In this document: positions 33,684 to 45,842 of the stretch, in pieces
How the letters are laid out: the number at the start of each line of letters is the position of its first letter
Numbering within the stretch: the stretch's first letter is position 1
Assembly (NCBI GenBank): GCA_963813715.1
Contig: CAWFAK010000012.1
Span: forward strand, 160,001 to 224,000
Direction: 5' to 3'
Origin: an uncultured Planctomycetaceae bacterium
Lineage (GTDB): Bacteria > Planctomycetota > Planctomycetia > Planctomycetales > Planctomycetaceae
DNA length: 64,000 nucleotides
Program-made: the position numbers and the translations under genes
Notes under the pieces: generated by a model
Database searches by the model: none
What the model saw: the letters and a program-made list of their open reading frames with translations, nothing else
Told to the model about the DNA's origin: nothing

Positions 33684-36600
33684 CTAGGCGGCGTCGCGGC
33701 CGCGGCGTGACGCCGGCTGCTGGGAGGCGGCGCCGCGGATGGCCCCGTTTTCGTCGACGTCCTCGAAACGGACGGAGAGTCGCTTCGAGACGCCCGATTC
33801 TTCCATCGTCACGCCGTAGAGCAGGTCGGCGGCCGCCATCGAGCGCTTGCTGTGCGTGATCATGATGAATTGCGTCGTCTGCTTGAACTCGCGGAGCACG
33901 GCGGCGAAACGCTCGACGTTGGCCTCGTCGAGGGCCGCGTCGACTTCGTCCAGGATGCAGAACGGGCTGGGCCGACTCTTGAAGATGGCCAGCAGGAGCG
34001 CGACGGCGGTGAGCGTTTTTTCGCCGCCGCTCAACAGCGACAGGCTCCGCAGTTCCTTGCCCGGGGGGCGGGCGACGATCTCGATGCCGCATTCGAGGAT
34101 GTCGTCCGGGTTCTCCAGCACGACGTCCCCTTCGCCGCCGCCGAAGAACTTGCGGAACAGTTCTTGAAAGTGAGCGCGGATGGACTGAAACGATTCGGCA
34201 AACAGCCGCGTGCTCTCGGCATTGATGCGGCGGAGAATCTCCTCGAGCGTCTTCTTGGCCTCGACCAGGTCGGCTAGCTGCTCGCTGAGATGCGTGAAGC
34301 GGTTCTCCATCTCGTCGAGATCGTGAAGGCTCTCCGTATTCACGCTGCCCATCGCCTTGAGCTGACGCCGCAAGCGATTGACCTGAGCCTCGATCTCTTC
34401 GCGGATCTCGGCCAGCTGGGCGTCGGTCAGCGCGGCATCGGAAGTGGACGACGGCGCCTCCGGGATCGCTGACGCGTCACCCGCGGCAGGATCGGCTGCG
34501 GCCGAGCTTTCGGCATGTCCTTCTGTGACAGCCTCGGACTGTTTTTTGGCGGCGAAGTTCGCCAGCGCGGAGATGCCCGATTCGACGATCTCGGACAAGC
34601 GTACCTGGTACTCTTCGTCGATGCGGGCAACGAGCGATTCGCGTTCGCGGCTCAGCTCGCGGGCTTGCAGCTCCAGCTGGTGCAGGCGGTCGCCCGCCCG
34701 GCGACGCTCTTCGCTGAGCGCCGACTCTTCCTTCATCAGCCCGGCGCGTTCCTTCCGCAGCCCGTCTTTCTCGCCGCCCAAGCGAGCCGCGTCGGCTGCC
34801 AGTTCCTGGACCTTGATGCAGCACTCGGCGAGTGCGGCATTCGTATTGAGGATGTGCAACGAGATCCGTCGCCGATCACCCAACACCTGCTGGACACGGC
34901 GGTCGGCTTCTGCCGATTGCTGACGAAACTGCAGCTGTTCTCGCTCGAGACGTTCTTCATCCTGGCGGAGGGCACCGCGACGCTCTTCGTGCTTGGCGAT
35001 CTCCAGCTGCTCGGTATTTTGGCGACGCACGACGACCACCGACCGCGACTCGAGCGTCGCCAGTTCGGTTTCCAGCTCGCCCAGATGCTGCCGCGACGCC
35101 TGGATTTGCCCATCGAGCGCGGCGAACGTCAGAGCCTCCTGTGCCGATTCCTCCTGCGTTTGCTCGAGTTTGCCTTCCTGTTGCTGGGCGGCAACTTCAA
35201 GTGTCTGGTGTTGGGCGTCGAGTCGGGCCAGCTCGCGCTCCCGCTCGGCCAGCTCGCGCTTGCACATGTGGTGATGTTCGGAGGCCGCGTCCAGTCGCAG
35301 CTTGCCGGCGTGCAGTTCGGTGTCCGCCTCGCCGAGCGACGCCAGGATCGATTCGCTGCGTTCTTCGTCTTCCTGGATCTGCCGATCGATGCGGACCAGA
35401 TCCTGCCGCAGCCGGCGGAGTTCGCTCTTTTGAGAGACCAGCGTGATTTCGCCGCGGAGCGCCCCGACCGTAAGCGTGCCGTCGGCTTCGACCAGTTCGC
35501 CCTGCAACGTGACGAAGCGGCAGCCGCGACCTGGACCGGCCGCCAGCGCGAAGGCCGTTTCGACCGTGTCGACAATCCAGGCGTCGGCAAGCAGTTGCTC
35601 GGCGAGCGCAGGCGCTTTGTCCGAAGTTCGCACGAGCGAGTCGGCCCGGCACTCGACGCCCAGCTGCGAGCGCAAGTCGACGCGGGCGGCCGCGTCGGCG
35701 GCCAGACTTTCAAGGAAGCGATGGACGGATCGCCCAGCGGGCCGACGGGCGGCAGCCTCATTGGCCGAGGCTTGGGAGTCGCGCCCGTGAGCGGTGTTCG
35801 CGGAGGGAATAAAACCGACACGGCCGGACAGCGGGACCGACGAACGGCTGAGGTAATCGAGGAACGGCACCAGATCGTCGACGACGACCGCCTCCGAGCG
35901 GCGGCCCAGCGCGATTTCAATCAGGGGCGCCCATTCGAGGTCGACCTCGAACAAGTCGGCCACGCTGCCGATCACCTGGTTCCAGGGCGCGACCTTGGTG
36001 CTGGCCGCGCGGCTGAGGATTTCACGGACGCCGAGCCCAAGCCCTTCTTGCCGGCTCTCGAGATCTTCGAGCACGCTCTTGCGGGCCCGCCAGGCGCTCC
36101 GCTGCTCGCGGCGGTCGGCCAGCGTTTTGTGGAATTGCTCCTGCACGCCGGCGAGCGCCAGCCGATCGCGCTCCAGCCGATCGAGTGCTTCGCGTTCGGC
36201 GGCCGCGGCGTCAGCTGCGGAGGCGACCTGCTCCGCCTGATGAGCCAGTTCGTCGCGGACCTCCTCAATCTGTTTCTCGAGAGCCGCCCGCTGTTGCCGG
36301 TTGCTCGACAACGACACGCGCAGCTCGTCGGCCTGACCGTTCAGGACCGATTGGCGATGCGACGCTTCGGACAGCTCATGATGTTTGTCGTGCAGGCCCT
36401 GCCGCTCGGCTTCGAGAGCTTTGCGCTGAGCGGCCAGTTCGGCGGTGATTTCAGCGGATTCGCGGGCCCGTTCTGCGAGCACGGCCTCCCGAGCGGCGAG
36501 CTCTTCGTCGATCCGGGCGGCTTGATGTCGGGCGTTTTCGAGTCCCTGCGCCGCGTCGCGGCCGCGCGATTCGATCGAGGTCCGCTGCCGCCGCAGCCGC

Positions 36601-37553
36601 ACCAGATCGGCCTCCAGCTCGCGGACGCGCGACGACTGATGTCGCACCGTCGCCTCCTGCCGGGCCGATTCTTCGCGGAGGTCGGCCCGACGCCCGTCGA
36701 CGTCGCGCAGAGTTTCATCGAGCCGGGCAATCTCGCTCTCCACCCTGGCGAGCGACGATTGGATCTCGGCAATCCGACCGTCCCATTCGGCGCCGGTCGA
36801 GTTTTGAGCGGCGAGCTGGGCTTCGACCTCGGCCAGCTTTGCCGACTGCTCGCGATATTGATCGGCCGCCAGACCGAGCCACAGCTCGCGGAGCTGCTCG
36901 GAAATCTGGCGGTACTTGGCCGCCTTCACGGCCTGGTTGCGGATGGCGTTGAGCTGGGCCTCGACCTCGTTGACGATGTCGGTGAGCCGGGCGACGTTCT
37001 GATCGACACGCTCCAGCTTGCGCTCGGCGTCGAGCTTGCGATTCTTGTAGCGGCTGATGCCGGCCGCTTCCTCGAAGACGAGTCGCCGGGCCGAGGCGTT
37101 GGCCTGCAGAATCTGTTCGACGCGTCCCTGCTCGATGATGCAATAGGTGGCCGAGCCGGCCCCCGTTCCCATGAGCAGGTCACGGATGTCCTTAAGGCGG
37201 GCCGGCGACCGATTGATCAGGTATTCGCCCTCGCCGTTGCGCGAGATGCGTCGCCCGATCTGCACCTCGGCTGTCTCCACGGGCAGAAAGCCAGTGGAGT
37301 TGTCGAAGGTGAGCGTGGCTTCGGCGAAGGCGCTCGGCTTGCGGCCCGACGCGCCGTTGAAGATGACGTCGGTCATCTCCTTGCCGCGGAGGCTCTTCGC
37401 GCTTTGGTCGCCGAGGATCCACTTGATCGAGTCGACGACGTTGCTCTTGCCGCTGCCGTTGGGCCCGACGACGCCCGTCGTTCCGGGCGCAAAGTCAAAC
37501 CGGATGCGGTCGGCAAAGCTCTTGAATCCGAAGATTTCGAGAGACTTCAACAT
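33684..37553 (-). CDS. smc: Chromosome segregation protein SMC
   Basis: [16 protein letters not shown], coiled coils, hinge, [27 protein letters not shown]. Confidence 0.98.
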   Translation of the reverse strand: MLKSLEIFGFKSFADRIRFDFAPGTTGVVGPNGSGKSNVVDSIKWILGDQSAKSLRGKEMTDVIFNGASGRKPSAFAEATLTFDNSTGFLPVETAEVQIGRRISRNGEGEYLINRSPARLKDIRDLLMGTGAGSATYCIIEQGRVEQILQANASARRLVFEEAAGISRYKNRKLDAERKLERVDQNVARLTDIVNEVEAQLNAIRNQAVKAAKYRQISEQLRELWLGLAADQYREQSAKLAEVEAQLAAQNSTGAEWDGRIAEIQSSLARVESEIARLDETLRDVDGRRADLREESARQEATVRHQSSRVRELEADLVRLRRQRTSIESRGRDAAQGLENARHQAARIDEELAAREAVLAERARESAEITAELAAQRKALEAERQGLHDKHHELSEASHRQSVLNGQADELRVSLSSNRQQRAALEKQIEEVRDELAHQAEQVASAADAAAAEREALDRLERDRLALAGVQEQFHKTLADRREQRSAWRARKSVLEDLESRQEGLGLGVREILSRAASTKVAPWNQVIGSVADLFEVDLEWAPLIEIALGRRSEAVVVDDLVPFLDYLSRSSVPLSGRVGFIPSANTAHGRDSQASANEAAARRPAGRSVHRFLESLAADAAARVDLRSQLGVECRADSLVRTSDKAPALAEQLLADAWIVDTVETAFALAAGPGRGCRFVTLQGELVEADGTLTVGALRGEITLVSQKSELRRLRQDLVRIDRQIQEDEERSESILASLGEADTELHAGKLRLDAASEHHHMCKRELAERERELARLDAQHQTLEVAAQQQEGKLEQTQEESAQEALTFAALDGQIQASRQHLGELETELATLESRSVVVVRRQNTEQLEIAKHEERRGALRQDEERLEREQLQFRQQSAEADRRVQQVLGDRRRISLHILNTNAALAECCIKVQELAADAARLGGEKDGLRKERAGLMKEESALSEERRRAGDRLHQLELQARELSRERESLVARIDEEYQVRLSEIVESGISALANFAAKKQSEAVTEGHAESSAAADPAAGDASAIPEAPSSTSDAALTDAQLAEIREEIEAQVNRLRRQLKAMGSVNTESLHDLDEMENRFTHLSEQLADLVEAKKTLEEILRRINAESTRLFAESFQSIRAHFQELFRKFFGGGEGDVVLENPDDILECGIEIVARPPGKELRSLSLLSGGEKTLTAVALLLAIFKSRPSPFCILDEVDAALDEANVERFAAVLREFKQTTQFIMITHSKRSMAAADLLYGVTMEESGVSKRLSVRFEDVDENGAIRGAASQQPASRRGRDAA

Positions 37554-37714
37554 CGGCGGCCATCATCCTGCCCCAAAAGCGGCGCGAAGCCCACCGGCGG
37601 CCGCCCGTGGGCTTTCCTCGTCCCCCGCCGTCCGACGACGCGAACAATTGCGAGCGTCGGCACGGGGAAGATGCAACTCGTTGATCGGGCCCATCGACAA
37701 GCAGCCAATTCCGG

Positions 37715-39850
37715 TCATGGCTCCTTGTTCCCGGAGACATCTGCGCCGCCAAACTTGAAGAGCTGCCAAAAGCTCCAACGGCTGGACGGTGGATCGGTGC
37801 TCTTGGAATCGTCGTCGTCGGTTTCCGCGACGGCCGGCTTGACCGCGCCCGTCTTGGTCGCGGCCGGATTGGTCGCACCGGCGTTGGTCGAAGTCGCGTC
37901 AGTTTGCGAGACTTGTTTGATCGGCTGCGTTCCGTCGGTCGTCGACGCGCTGCCGGAAGCTGCCTTCGGCGTCGCCGGCATGCTACTGCCGAGGTCGGAC
38001 GGGCGGATCGACTTTGACGCCCCATCGGACGACGAGCCGTCATCCTTGTCGTCGTCAGCGGCAGCTTTTTTCTTCTTGGCGTTACGGTCCTCGCCGATGG
38101 CAAACATGTTGGGACCGGTTTCCGGATTGCCAACCAGGTTCTTCGTGCGGAATTTTGCCTTGGCGATGCCCTGCTCGGGCGGCTGGTAACTGCGGCCCGC
38201 ACGGGGCAGGGCATCGATCTCGAGGTGGCCGGCCAGGTTGTCCTGGTGATCGGCTTCGGTCAAAAATTGATTGACGTCGGGAAACGTCGCGCCGAACTCG
38301 GTCAGCGTGCGAATCACGTCTTGCAGACGAGGCGAGATCGTCTTGCGCTGGTCCTCCTTGCCGACCTCGAAGCGGCATACGGTGACACGGTCGGCCCCCG
38401 GCGCGCCCGAGACAATGATGTTGTTGCCAGCCCGGGCGAAGATGGGAGTCTTGATCTCCTGCTCGGCGCCATACAACACGACTTCCGCTTTTTTGCAATT
38501 GGTGATGTGGACCATGGGCGAGCCCTCGGTCTTCAGCGTGTGCAGGCGGAATTGGTTGCCCAGCATCTCGCCGCGGACGAAGGGATCGTTCTTGTCGAGG
38601 GTGGTGAGCGCGCGAAATGCACCGTAACGGGTCTCGGCGCTCTGCACGTTCATCAATTCGCGCAACTTGACGTGCACCTCCGGATCGTCGAGGCAGGCCA
38701 TCGCCGCCAGCGCGAAGATGCGGAACGCGTATTGGTCGCGGGCCGCCTCGAAGAGGGCCTGCAGCCCCGCGGAGTCGCCGAGATAAGCGAGCGCCTCGGC
38801 CGAATAGAATTGAACTTGCGGATCCTTGCTCTTCAGCCCGTTCTTGAGAGTCGGAATTCCCTGATCGCCGATCGCTTCGAGCTTGAGCGCCGCCTGGGCC
38901 GACGTTTCCGGTTCGAGCAGATCCCATTTGAGCGCGCGGATTCGCACCGCTCGAGCAACGTCGGTCTCGCGAAAGGCAATCTTGCGGACGACGTCGACGT
39001 ACCGCGGATAGTTGTCCCGGTATTTGGGCAGAACCTTCAGTACGATCTTCTGATCGGTCTTGGCTTCGGCCAGCGGAATGCGCTGCCCGTGCCGGTCGTA
39101 GTCGAAGAATCGCCGGCCGATCGCATTGGCAATACGGACCGCGTTACGCTCGCTGCGGAACTCGTTGCGGAGGTAGAGTTCGAGTTCGCGGTCTTCCCAC
39201 TTCCAGGTGCCGCCCGCCACGATTCGGCCACGACGCAGCAGGCCAGCCTGGTCGTTCGCGTTCTTATGGGTGCTGCCCACGAGGATCGGCCCCTCGGCGA
39301 TGGCGAACTCGTGGCTGGTATGGTCGACGCCGGCGTTGTCGCGGAGGTGCTCACGCAGGTAGCACGGCATCAGCCGTCCGCCGTTGAGGCTCTTCACTTT
39401 GCTGCCGTCGGGCAGGCGGACTTCGACGTCAAAGTGTTCGTTCTTGCGGATCAGGGCCGGAACGTAACCGGTGACGATCACGACCGTGACGTTGGGCATC
39501 TTGAGAATCTTGTTGGGATTCGGAATGCCGCGGCGCTTGAGGTCTTCGAGCACCACGTGACGCGCTTCCGACGGCGGCGGATCTTCACCCGTGCCGTTGA
39601 GGTCCACGACCAGTCCGGCGCCTTCCAGCTGAATCCACCACCCGCCCGCAACCTGCGTATGCTCGCCGATAAGAGGCACCTTGGCCCGCGCGTCGTATTC
39701 GTCGAGTTCGCCCGTGTCGTCATCGTCCTTGTTTTTGGACGCCTTCTTCTTGGAACCGAATAAACCCGCCGCATGGCCTGCCGGCGGTACGGCCGCCGAA
39801 ACCAATAGAGCCAGCGTGGTGATCCAGACGACAAGCAGAGGGCGCTTCAT
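37715..39850 (-). CDS. FlgI (P-ring)-family protein with HEAT-like repeats, planctomycete type
   Basis: LEGAGLVVDLNGTGE, FDVEV...SLNGGRL, AEGP; HEAT-like AALKLEAIG, FYSAEALAYLGD, RYGAFRAL; signal peptide. Confidence 0.75.
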   Translation of the reverse strand: MKRPLLVVWITTLALLVSAAVPPAGHAAGLFGSKKKASKNKDDDDTGELDEYDARAKVPLIGEHTQVAGGWWIQLEGAGLVVDLNGTGEDPPPSEARHVVLEDLKRRGIPNPNKILKMPNVTVVIVTGYVPALIRKNEHFDVEVRLPDGSKVKSLNGGRLMPCYLREHLRDNAGVDHTSHEFAIAEGPILVGSTHKNANDQAGLLRRGRIVAGGTWKWEDRELELYLRNEFRSERNAVRIANAIGRRFFDYDRHGQRIPLAEAKTDQKIVLKVLPKYRDNYPRYVDVVRKIAFRETDVARAVRIRALKWDLLEPETSAQAALKLEAIGDQGIPTLKNGLKSKDPQVQFYSAEALAYLGDSAGLQALFEAARDQYAFRIFALAAMACLDDPEVHVKLRELMNVQSAETRYGAFRALTTLDKNDPFVRGEMLGNQFRLHTLKTEGSPMVHITNCKKAEVVLYGAEQEIKTPIFARAGNNIIVSGAPGADRVTVCRFEVGKEDQRKTISPRLQDVIRTLTEFGATFPDVNQFLTEADHQDNLAGHLEIDALPRAGRSYQPPEQGIAKAKFRTKNLVGNPETGPNMFAIGEDRNAKKKKAAADDDKDDGSSSDGASKSIRPSDLGSSMPATPKAASGSASTTDGTQPIKQVSQTDATSTNAGATNPAATKTGAVKPAVAETDDDDSKSTDPPSSRWSFWQLFKFGGADVSGNKEP

Positions 39851-40171
39851 GGCGAGGCACTCCTTGGAACGGGATCGCTCGAGTGCAAATCGGCAGGGTG
39901 TCGAGGCGAGAGATTAAATCAGAGCCGCGAACGCGCGTCGGTGCGCGGCGCAACGCAGCGGTTCTGACAAACGGTTGGAGCAGGAAGTGAAATGAAAGGC
40001 AGCGGAATGAAAGGCGGACGGGAAGAGAGGGGAGATTGGAGAGCGGGAGAATACGACCCGCGCCCCGGCGGGTCAAGGCGATTTCAGCAAACGCCGCGCA
40101 GCCGCAATTTCACGGCGTTCGAAGAGGGAATCTGCGCGGGCTGGAAAACTGGGCGGCGCCACCAAGCGTTG

Positions 40172-40632
40172 TCAGCTGCGCAGTTCCAGAATGCACTCGA
40201 TCTCGACGGCGATATTGCCCGGCAGGGAGCCCATGCCGACGGCGCTCGCGCGGCACGGCCGGCCTCGCCAAAGACGTCAACCATCAATTCGCTAAAGCCG
40301 TTGATGACTTGCGGATGCCGCTCGAAATTGGGGACCGCGTTGACCATGCCCAGAACTTTGAGCACGCGGCCGATGCGATCGAGACTGCCCAGTTGAGTGC
40401 GGAGAGTGGCGAGGATGGTCAACCCGACTTGCCGCGCCGCCCGCTTCCCCTGCTCTTCGTTGAGTTCCGCCCCAACCTTGCCGCAGATCATGCTGCCGTC
40501 GGGCAAGAGTGGTCCGTGTCCCGACACGTAGAGGATGTTGCCCGCCTGAACGACGGGATTGTAGACGCCGGCCGGTTTGGGCGGCGGCGGGAGTTCGAGC
40601 TTCAATTCCTGGATTCGTGCGTCGGCGCTCAT
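40172..40632 (-). CDS. RidA/YjgF family protein, frameshift at ~40248
   Basis: LELPPPPKPAGVY, YVSGHGP, HPQVINGFSEL, then AVGMGSLPGNIAVEIE in the shifted frame. Confidence 0.9.
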
Positions 40633-41004
40633 GACAAATCCCTGGGCGAACGAAACGGACCTGAATTCGAGCCGGCGTGGCAAAAGCAGACGGTCGCTGA
40701 GGATACCCGGATCCGCCCGCCAGTCCAATCGAGTCGCGGCGTCCTTTCCGCACCCGGGAGCTGGCCGTTTGCCGCCCGACCGTTTGCCGCACTTCGCCCA
40801 TCTTGTGGACTGAGCTTTCCAGCCCTCTTACAATGACAACTGACGAGGACAACGGCTTCTTGCAGTGATACTGGCTGAGTGGCACCGGCTTTTGAAAGCG
40901 CGGCTAGCACTGCCTTCCGAGGACACCGTCTGTTGAAGACGCTGTCTGTCTGAACGAACCTGTTGAGATCGCGGGCGATCGCCGTCCGCGAAGGTTGAAC
41001 GCGC

Positions 41005-42009
41005 ATGGAAAACTTCGTTTGGACGGCTCCGCTGGCCATTTTCGCCATCTTTGTGGCGATTATGGCGTTGGTTGTGCTGTTCATGTTTGCCCGCTATTTC
41101 AAGTTGTGGTTGCGAGTCTTCGTGTCACGTGCTCGCATCGGGCCGTTTGCGCTCATCGGCATGTCGCTGCGGAAAGTCAATCCGCAAGTCGTGGCTGAAA
41201 CGAAGATCATGGCCGTGCAGGCCGGCCTCGCCGACATCACTACGAACGCGATCGAGGCCCACTACCTGGCCGGCGGCAACATTCGCCGCGTCGTGCAGGC
41301 GCTGATTGCCGCTCATCGGGCCAGTATTGATTTGAACTGGGACACGGCGGCGGCGATCGACCTGGCCGGCCGCAACGTGCTGGAAGCCGTGCAGACCAGC
41401 GTCGATCCGAAAGTGATCGACTGTCCGGATCCGCGTCGGACCGGACGCACCACCCTCGACGGTGTGGCGAAGGACGGCATCCAGCTCAAGGCGCGGGCGC
41501 GCGTCACTGTCCGCACGAACCTCGCGCAGCTCGTCGGCGGCGCGACCGAAGAGACGGTCATCGCCCGCGTCGGCGAAGGCATTGTGTCGGCCATCGGTTC
41601 GTGCGGATCGCATAAGGACGTCCTGGCCAACCCGACGCTCATCGCCAAGGCCGTGCTCGACAAGGGGCTCGATTCGCAGACCGCGTACGAAATCGTCTCC
41701 ATCGACATTGCCGACATTGCCGTCGGCGACAATCTGGGCGCCCGGCTGATGGCCGACCAGGCCGAAGCGGACATGCGGATCGCTCGCGCCAAGGCCGAGG
41801 AGCGACGAGCCAACGCCGTCGCCAAAGAGCAGGAAATGCAGGCGCTCACCAAGGAAAATCAGGCGGCCGTCGTGATGTCCGAGGCCGAGATTCCCAAAGC
41901 CATGGCGGAGGCGTACCGCATGGGCAATTTGCGAGCCCGCATTTCCTCCAATGGAGAACCTCACGACGTGGGCCTGCCCGGCCTGCCCGCCCCCAGCGCG
42001 GAGCGGTGA
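41005..42009 (+). CDS. floA: Flotillin-like protein FloA (YqfA)
   Basis: [67 protein letters not shown]. Confidence 0.93.
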   Translation: MENFVWTAPLAIFAIFVAIMALVVLFMFARYFKLWLRVFVSRARIGPFALIGMSLRKVNPQVVAETKIMAVQAGLADITTNAIEAHYLAGGNIRRVVQALIAAHRASIDLNWDTAAAIDLAGRNVLEAVQTSVDPKVIDCPDPRRTGRTTLDGVAKDGIQLKARARVTVRTNLAQLVGGATEETVIARVGEGIVSAIGSCGSHKDVLANPTLIAKAVLDKGLDSQTAYEIVSIDIADIAVGDNLGARLMADQAEADMRIARAKAEERRANAVAKEQEMQALTKENQAAVVMSEAEIPKAMAEAYRMGNLRARISSNGEPHDVGLPGLPAPSAER

Positions 42010-42341
42010 GGCCTTTTCCGGTGCTGAAGGGGGGCCGTTCGGCCGCCAAAGGTTTGCTGATTCGCTGCCGATCCTTTTGACATTCGAAACCTCTTGGCAT
42101 TCGAGGTGGCGGGCACGACGCGGCGGACGCGGTTCTGACCGGGCGAACTCCGGCGTTGAGTTCACGCCGTTCGAGTTTGCGGGTTGCACGTGCCGCGACA
42201 AATGCGAGGGCGGATGTTGGGGCAAACTAGGCTGCTTTGCTCTGTCTGCCGGTTGAGAACCCCCACGGCCGGCGTTACGATGAATGTGTGAGAAATGTCT
42301 TCCCGGCAGGGGCGGGTGAAACAGCAGGAGGTTTCGTTCCG

Positions 42342-42551
42342 ATGAGCGAAACTATGAGCGTCGGACTGACCGAAGATCAGCGCGAAATCCTTTTGCGGGG
42401 TCTGCGATTCGTTCGCAGTGCCGTGGCCCTCGAGGTTTACGATTCGACCCCCGAAACCGACATCCAGCGATCGAGCAAGCTACGGGAGATCCGGCAGCTC
42501 GCCGAATACCTGGAGGGCGCGCGGCCGGCCGGTACGACCGCCCGGGTCTAG
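42342..42551 (+). CDS. Small hypothetical protein
   Basis: AGGAGG RBS; MSETMSVGLTEDQREILLRGLRFVRS. Confidence 0.65.
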   Translation: MSETMSVGLTEDQREILLRGLRFVRSAVALEVYDSTPETDIQRSSKLREIRQLAEYLEGARPAGTTARV

Positions 42552-42634
42552 TCCTCTTCCGTGAGCGCGCCGTCGCATCGTCGAATAGTCCGTAAGAACC
42601 GGCAGGCTGACACCTGCCGCTCGCCGATGCCCTG

Positions 42635-43675
42635 ATGCGTTATCGCCACGTCTCGATCGCGGCCGTCTGCCACGTGTTGCCGCCCGAAATCGTCACGTCG
42701 GCCGAGATCGAAACCCGGCTGCGCCCGGTCTACGAACGGCTCGGACTGCCCGAAGGCCGCCTCGAGCTGATGACGGGCATCCGCGAGCGGCGATTCTTCC
42801 CCCGCGGCACACGACCCGGCCAGGTGAGCGCCCAGGTGGCCACTCGGGCTGTCGAAATGTCCGGCATCCCGCGGGCACTCTTTGGCGGACTGGTGCACGG
42901 ATCGGTCTGTCGCGACCAACTCGAGCCGGCGACGGCCAGCTTCGTACATCATGCGGCCGGACTGCCTCAATCGGCCTTCGTGCTGGACGTGAGCAATGCC
43001 TGTCTGGGGTTGCTCAACGGCATGATCCTGTTGGCCGACATGATCGAGCTCGGGCAAATCCGCGCCGGCGTGGTGGTCGGCACGGAAGACGGTCGCTCCC
43101 TCGTCGAAGGCACGATCGAATCGTTGCTGGCCAACCCCACGCTCACGCGGCAGGACGTGAAGCGTGACTTCGCGTCGCTGACGATCGGTTCGGGGTCGGC
43201 GGCGATTGTGCTCTGCGATCGCAAGCTCGCCAAATACGGACATCGGCTGCTGGGCGGTGCGTTTCGGGCGGAAACCAGCAATCACGAACTGTGCACGGGC
43301 GGAGATAGCGCCCAGCCCGGCGACGCACTGCGGATGCAGACCGACTCGGAAGCTCTGCTGCACGCGGGCGTCGCCCTGGCGGCCAGCACATGGCAGGACG
43401 CCAAGCAGGCTTTGGGCTGGTCCAACGCGGACGTCAACAAGACCTTCACGCACCAGGTCGGCCGAGCGCACCGCAAGCTGCTGTTCGAGCGGCTCGAGCT
43501 CGATCCGAAGATCGACTTTCCGACCGTCGAGTTCCTGGGCAATACCGGGGCCGTCGCGCTACCCACTGCCTGGTCGCTCGGCATCGAACAAGGTCGCATC
43601 ATCGCGGGAGATCGTGTCGCCCTGCTCGGAATAGGCAGCGGGCTCAACGCGCTGATGCTGGGGCTGGAGTGGTGA
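42635..43675 (+). CDS. 3-oxoacyl-ACP synthase III family, OleA-like thiolase
   Basis: TGIRERR, LEPATA (Glu), SNACLG (Cys), THQVG (His), GNTG (Asn), GIGSGLN. Confidence 0.85.
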   Translation: MRYRHVSIAAVCHVLPPEIVTSAEIETRLRPVYERLGLPEGRLELMTGIRERRFFPRGTRPGQVSAQVATRAVEMSGIPRALFGGLVHGSVCRDQLEPATASFVHHAAGLPQSAFVLDVSNACLGLLNGMILLADMIELGQIRAGVVVGTEDGRSLVEGTIESLLANPTLTRQDVKRDFASLTIGSGSAAIVLCDRKLAKYGHRLLGGAFRAETSNHELCTGGDSAQPGDALRMQTDSEALLHAGVALAASTWQDAKQALGWSNADVNKTFTHQVGRAHRKLLFERLELDPKIDFPTVEFLGNTGAVALPTAWSLGIEQGRIIAGDRVALLGIGSGLNALMLGLEW

Positions 43676-43690
43676 CAGCAGGAGATAGTC

Positions 43691-44501
43691 ATGTCCAGCG
43701 GTCGAAATAGTCGTCTTCACGCGACTGCCTTTCTTCGCGCGACGCGGTTGGCTGTCTTCTCATTCGCGGCGCTTGCTTTTGCTTCCGAGGGCCCAGGCCG
43801 GGATCCGGAGGATTCGTCGAAGTGGGTCGAGATGAGCGTCGACCAGAACGCCGATTACTGGCAGAGAGCCAACTGGTCGTCCGATGAATGGGTCGTCTAC
43901 TTACGCGAGGGCCGGCCGAGTGTGCGTACCCAAAAGAGAAGCGAGGACGATCGAGGCAAGCTACCGTTCGCGGTCGCGAAAGGCTTCCGCAATGTGCAGG
44001 TCGCCAAAGTTGCCGACGGATGGATCGTTGCTTCTAACTACGGCGAATTCGGGGCCGAGCTCTGGTGGTTTTCCCCGGAAGGGAAGAGCCGTTATCAGAT
44101 TTCACGAGAGCACGTCCGCGGCTTTCTACAAAACGATCGCGAGCTGTTTGCGTTAGAGGGACTTGCCCACAAGGGCATTGACCGGGGTCAAGTTCTTCGC
44201 ATCGTCCGTGGCTCAAACGGCAAATGGAGGTCCGAACGAGTGGTGGATCTGGGAAGTGAGCCGGGCGCGGCAACGCGAGACAAGGACGGCTCGTTGATCA
44301 TCGTCACCAACACGCGACTGGTCCGTGTCCGCGTTGGAAAGCCAGTGGAAACGCTGCTGGACGATATGTTCTGGGATGGCCTTTATCCCAACTCGATCGT
44401 CGTTGATAGCTCCGGCACCGTCTATATCGGAATGCGGAAGGGTGTCGCGAAGGCGACGCTCAAGGGAACCAAGACGCTGTCTCTGGTTAGTTCCCAAGTA
44501 G
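43691..44501 (+). CDS. Hypothetical secreted beta-propeller-like protein; probable frameshift at ~44480
   Basis: Signal peptide, GEFGAELWWF, LEGLAH, LYPNSIV, YIGMR. A shifted frame ends WLVPK* at 44501, which avoids overlap with the opposite gene. Confidence 0.6.
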
Positions 44502-44532
44502 GATGCTCTATTTGCGTGAAACCTGCCGCCGG

Positions 44533-44759
44533 CTATTGCGGCTCAGCCGGCTTCGGCACGGCGCGCTCAGCGGCAGCGAATCCGCACGCTTTGTGCTGGC
44601 CGTCGCAAAATGGTTTGTTCTGCGACTGGCCGCAACGGCACAGGGCGACCGTCTCTTTGCCGGCGATGTCGAATTGATTCCCGTCGGGGTCGACCAGGGT
44701 GATCGGGCCGGTGACCAGCAGCGGGCCGTTTTGCGCGTGCGAATCGAGACGTCGGGCAT
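44533..44759 (-). CDS. CDGSH iron-sulfur domain protein, frameshift at ~44730
   Basis: MPDVSIRTR joins NGPLLVTG...ALCRCGQSQNKPFCDGQH. Confidence 0.9.
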
Positions 44760-44927
44760 TTTCGAGAATCCTGCAGACGAGCGGGGGAAGAACGCCGCCG
44801 GGGCGGACGGCTCGAACATAACGGTGCCATTTTGCAAACGCAATCGCTGTCCATTAAGCTTCCGTTCACGCCTGGCTCGCGGTCAGGCGCGGGCATCATT
44901 CGCGAACGACTTGTTGAAGGACTCGCT

Positions 44928-45842
44928 GTGACCGCGCGCGACGATCTCCTCGGCGAGCTGCGCTGGAAAAAATTTCCCGTGCTCGACGATGGCTTTGTCT
45001 GCCTCGTCGATGTGATGGGCGACGACGGTTCGGTTGTGCAGGCGGCCCGCGTCAGCTACGGCGAGGGGACCAAGCGCGTCTCCGACGACCGCACGCTGAT
45101 CCGCTACTTGATGCGGCACCGTCACACCACGCCCTTCGAGATGGCGGAGATCAAGCTGCTCGTCCGCGTGCCGATGGATTGCTGGCGGCAATGGATTCGC
45201 CACCGCACGGCGTCTGTCAACGAGTACAGCACCCGCTACTCGATCGCCATCGATTCGGCCCAGGCCACGCCCGCCGATCAGTGGCGGAGCCAGGCCCAAA
45301 CGAACCGGCAGGGGAGCGGCGAGTTGTTGCCCGCCGAGCTTGGCCAGCAACTCACCGAGGCCGAGCAACGATTGCAGGAAGAATGTCGCCGCGTCTACCA
45401 GGAGCGACTCGATCGCGGCGTGGCCCGCGAGCAGGCTCGCAAGGACCTGCCGCTGGCGACCTACACCGAGGCCTACTGGAAGGTCGACCTGCACAATCTG
45501 CTCAACTTTCTAGTGTTGCGGATGGACGCGCATGCCCAGCAGGAAATCCGCGATTACGCTTGCGCCATCGGCGAGCGAATCGTGGCCCCACTCTTCCCCG
45601 TCGTCTGGGAGGCTTTTTGCGACTACCGCCGCGAGTCGATGGAATTGACGCGGCTCGACCTGGCGGTCATTCAGCGGCTGCTGGCCGCCGGAGGGACTGC
45701 CGGGACCGCACCTCCGTACGATCAGACGACCTTTCTGGCCGTGCAGGACGAATCCTGGAGGTCGCTCAGCCGCAGTCGGGAGCGGGAGGAATGTGCGGCC
45801 AAGCTGCGGCGCCTGGGCCTCCTGGCCGACGAGCCGAGCTGA
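44928..45842 (+). CDS. thyX: FAD-dependent thymidylate synthase
   Basis: QAARVSY, HRHTTPFE, RQWIRHRTASVNEYSTRY, AREQAR, HAQQEIR. Confidence 0.96.
   Translation: MTARDDLLGELRWKKFPVLDDGFVCLVDVMGDDGSVVQAARVSYGEGTKRVSDDRTLIRYLMRHRHTTPFEMAEIKLLVRVPMDCWRQWIRHRTASVNEYSTRYSIAIDSAQATPADQWRSQAQTNRQGSGELLPAELGQQLTEAEQRLQEECRRVYQERLDRGVAREQARKDLPLATYTEAYWKVDLHNLLNFLVLRMDAHAQQEIRDYACAIGERIVAPLFPVVWEAFCDYRRESMELTRLDLAVIQRLLAAGGTAGTAPPYDQTTFLAVQDESWRSLSRSREREECAAKLRRLGLLADEPS

Noticed and set aside
34515..38189. Long antisense ORFs (also 12054..13886, 18954..20543, 28160..29590, 38225..39763, 56085..57599)
   Set aside because: Shadow frames of well-supported genes, typical of high-GC DNA; no recognisable motifs.
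40878..40897. sigma54 promoter upstream of floA (TGGCACCGGCTTTTGA)
   Set aside because: It lacks GC at the -12 position.
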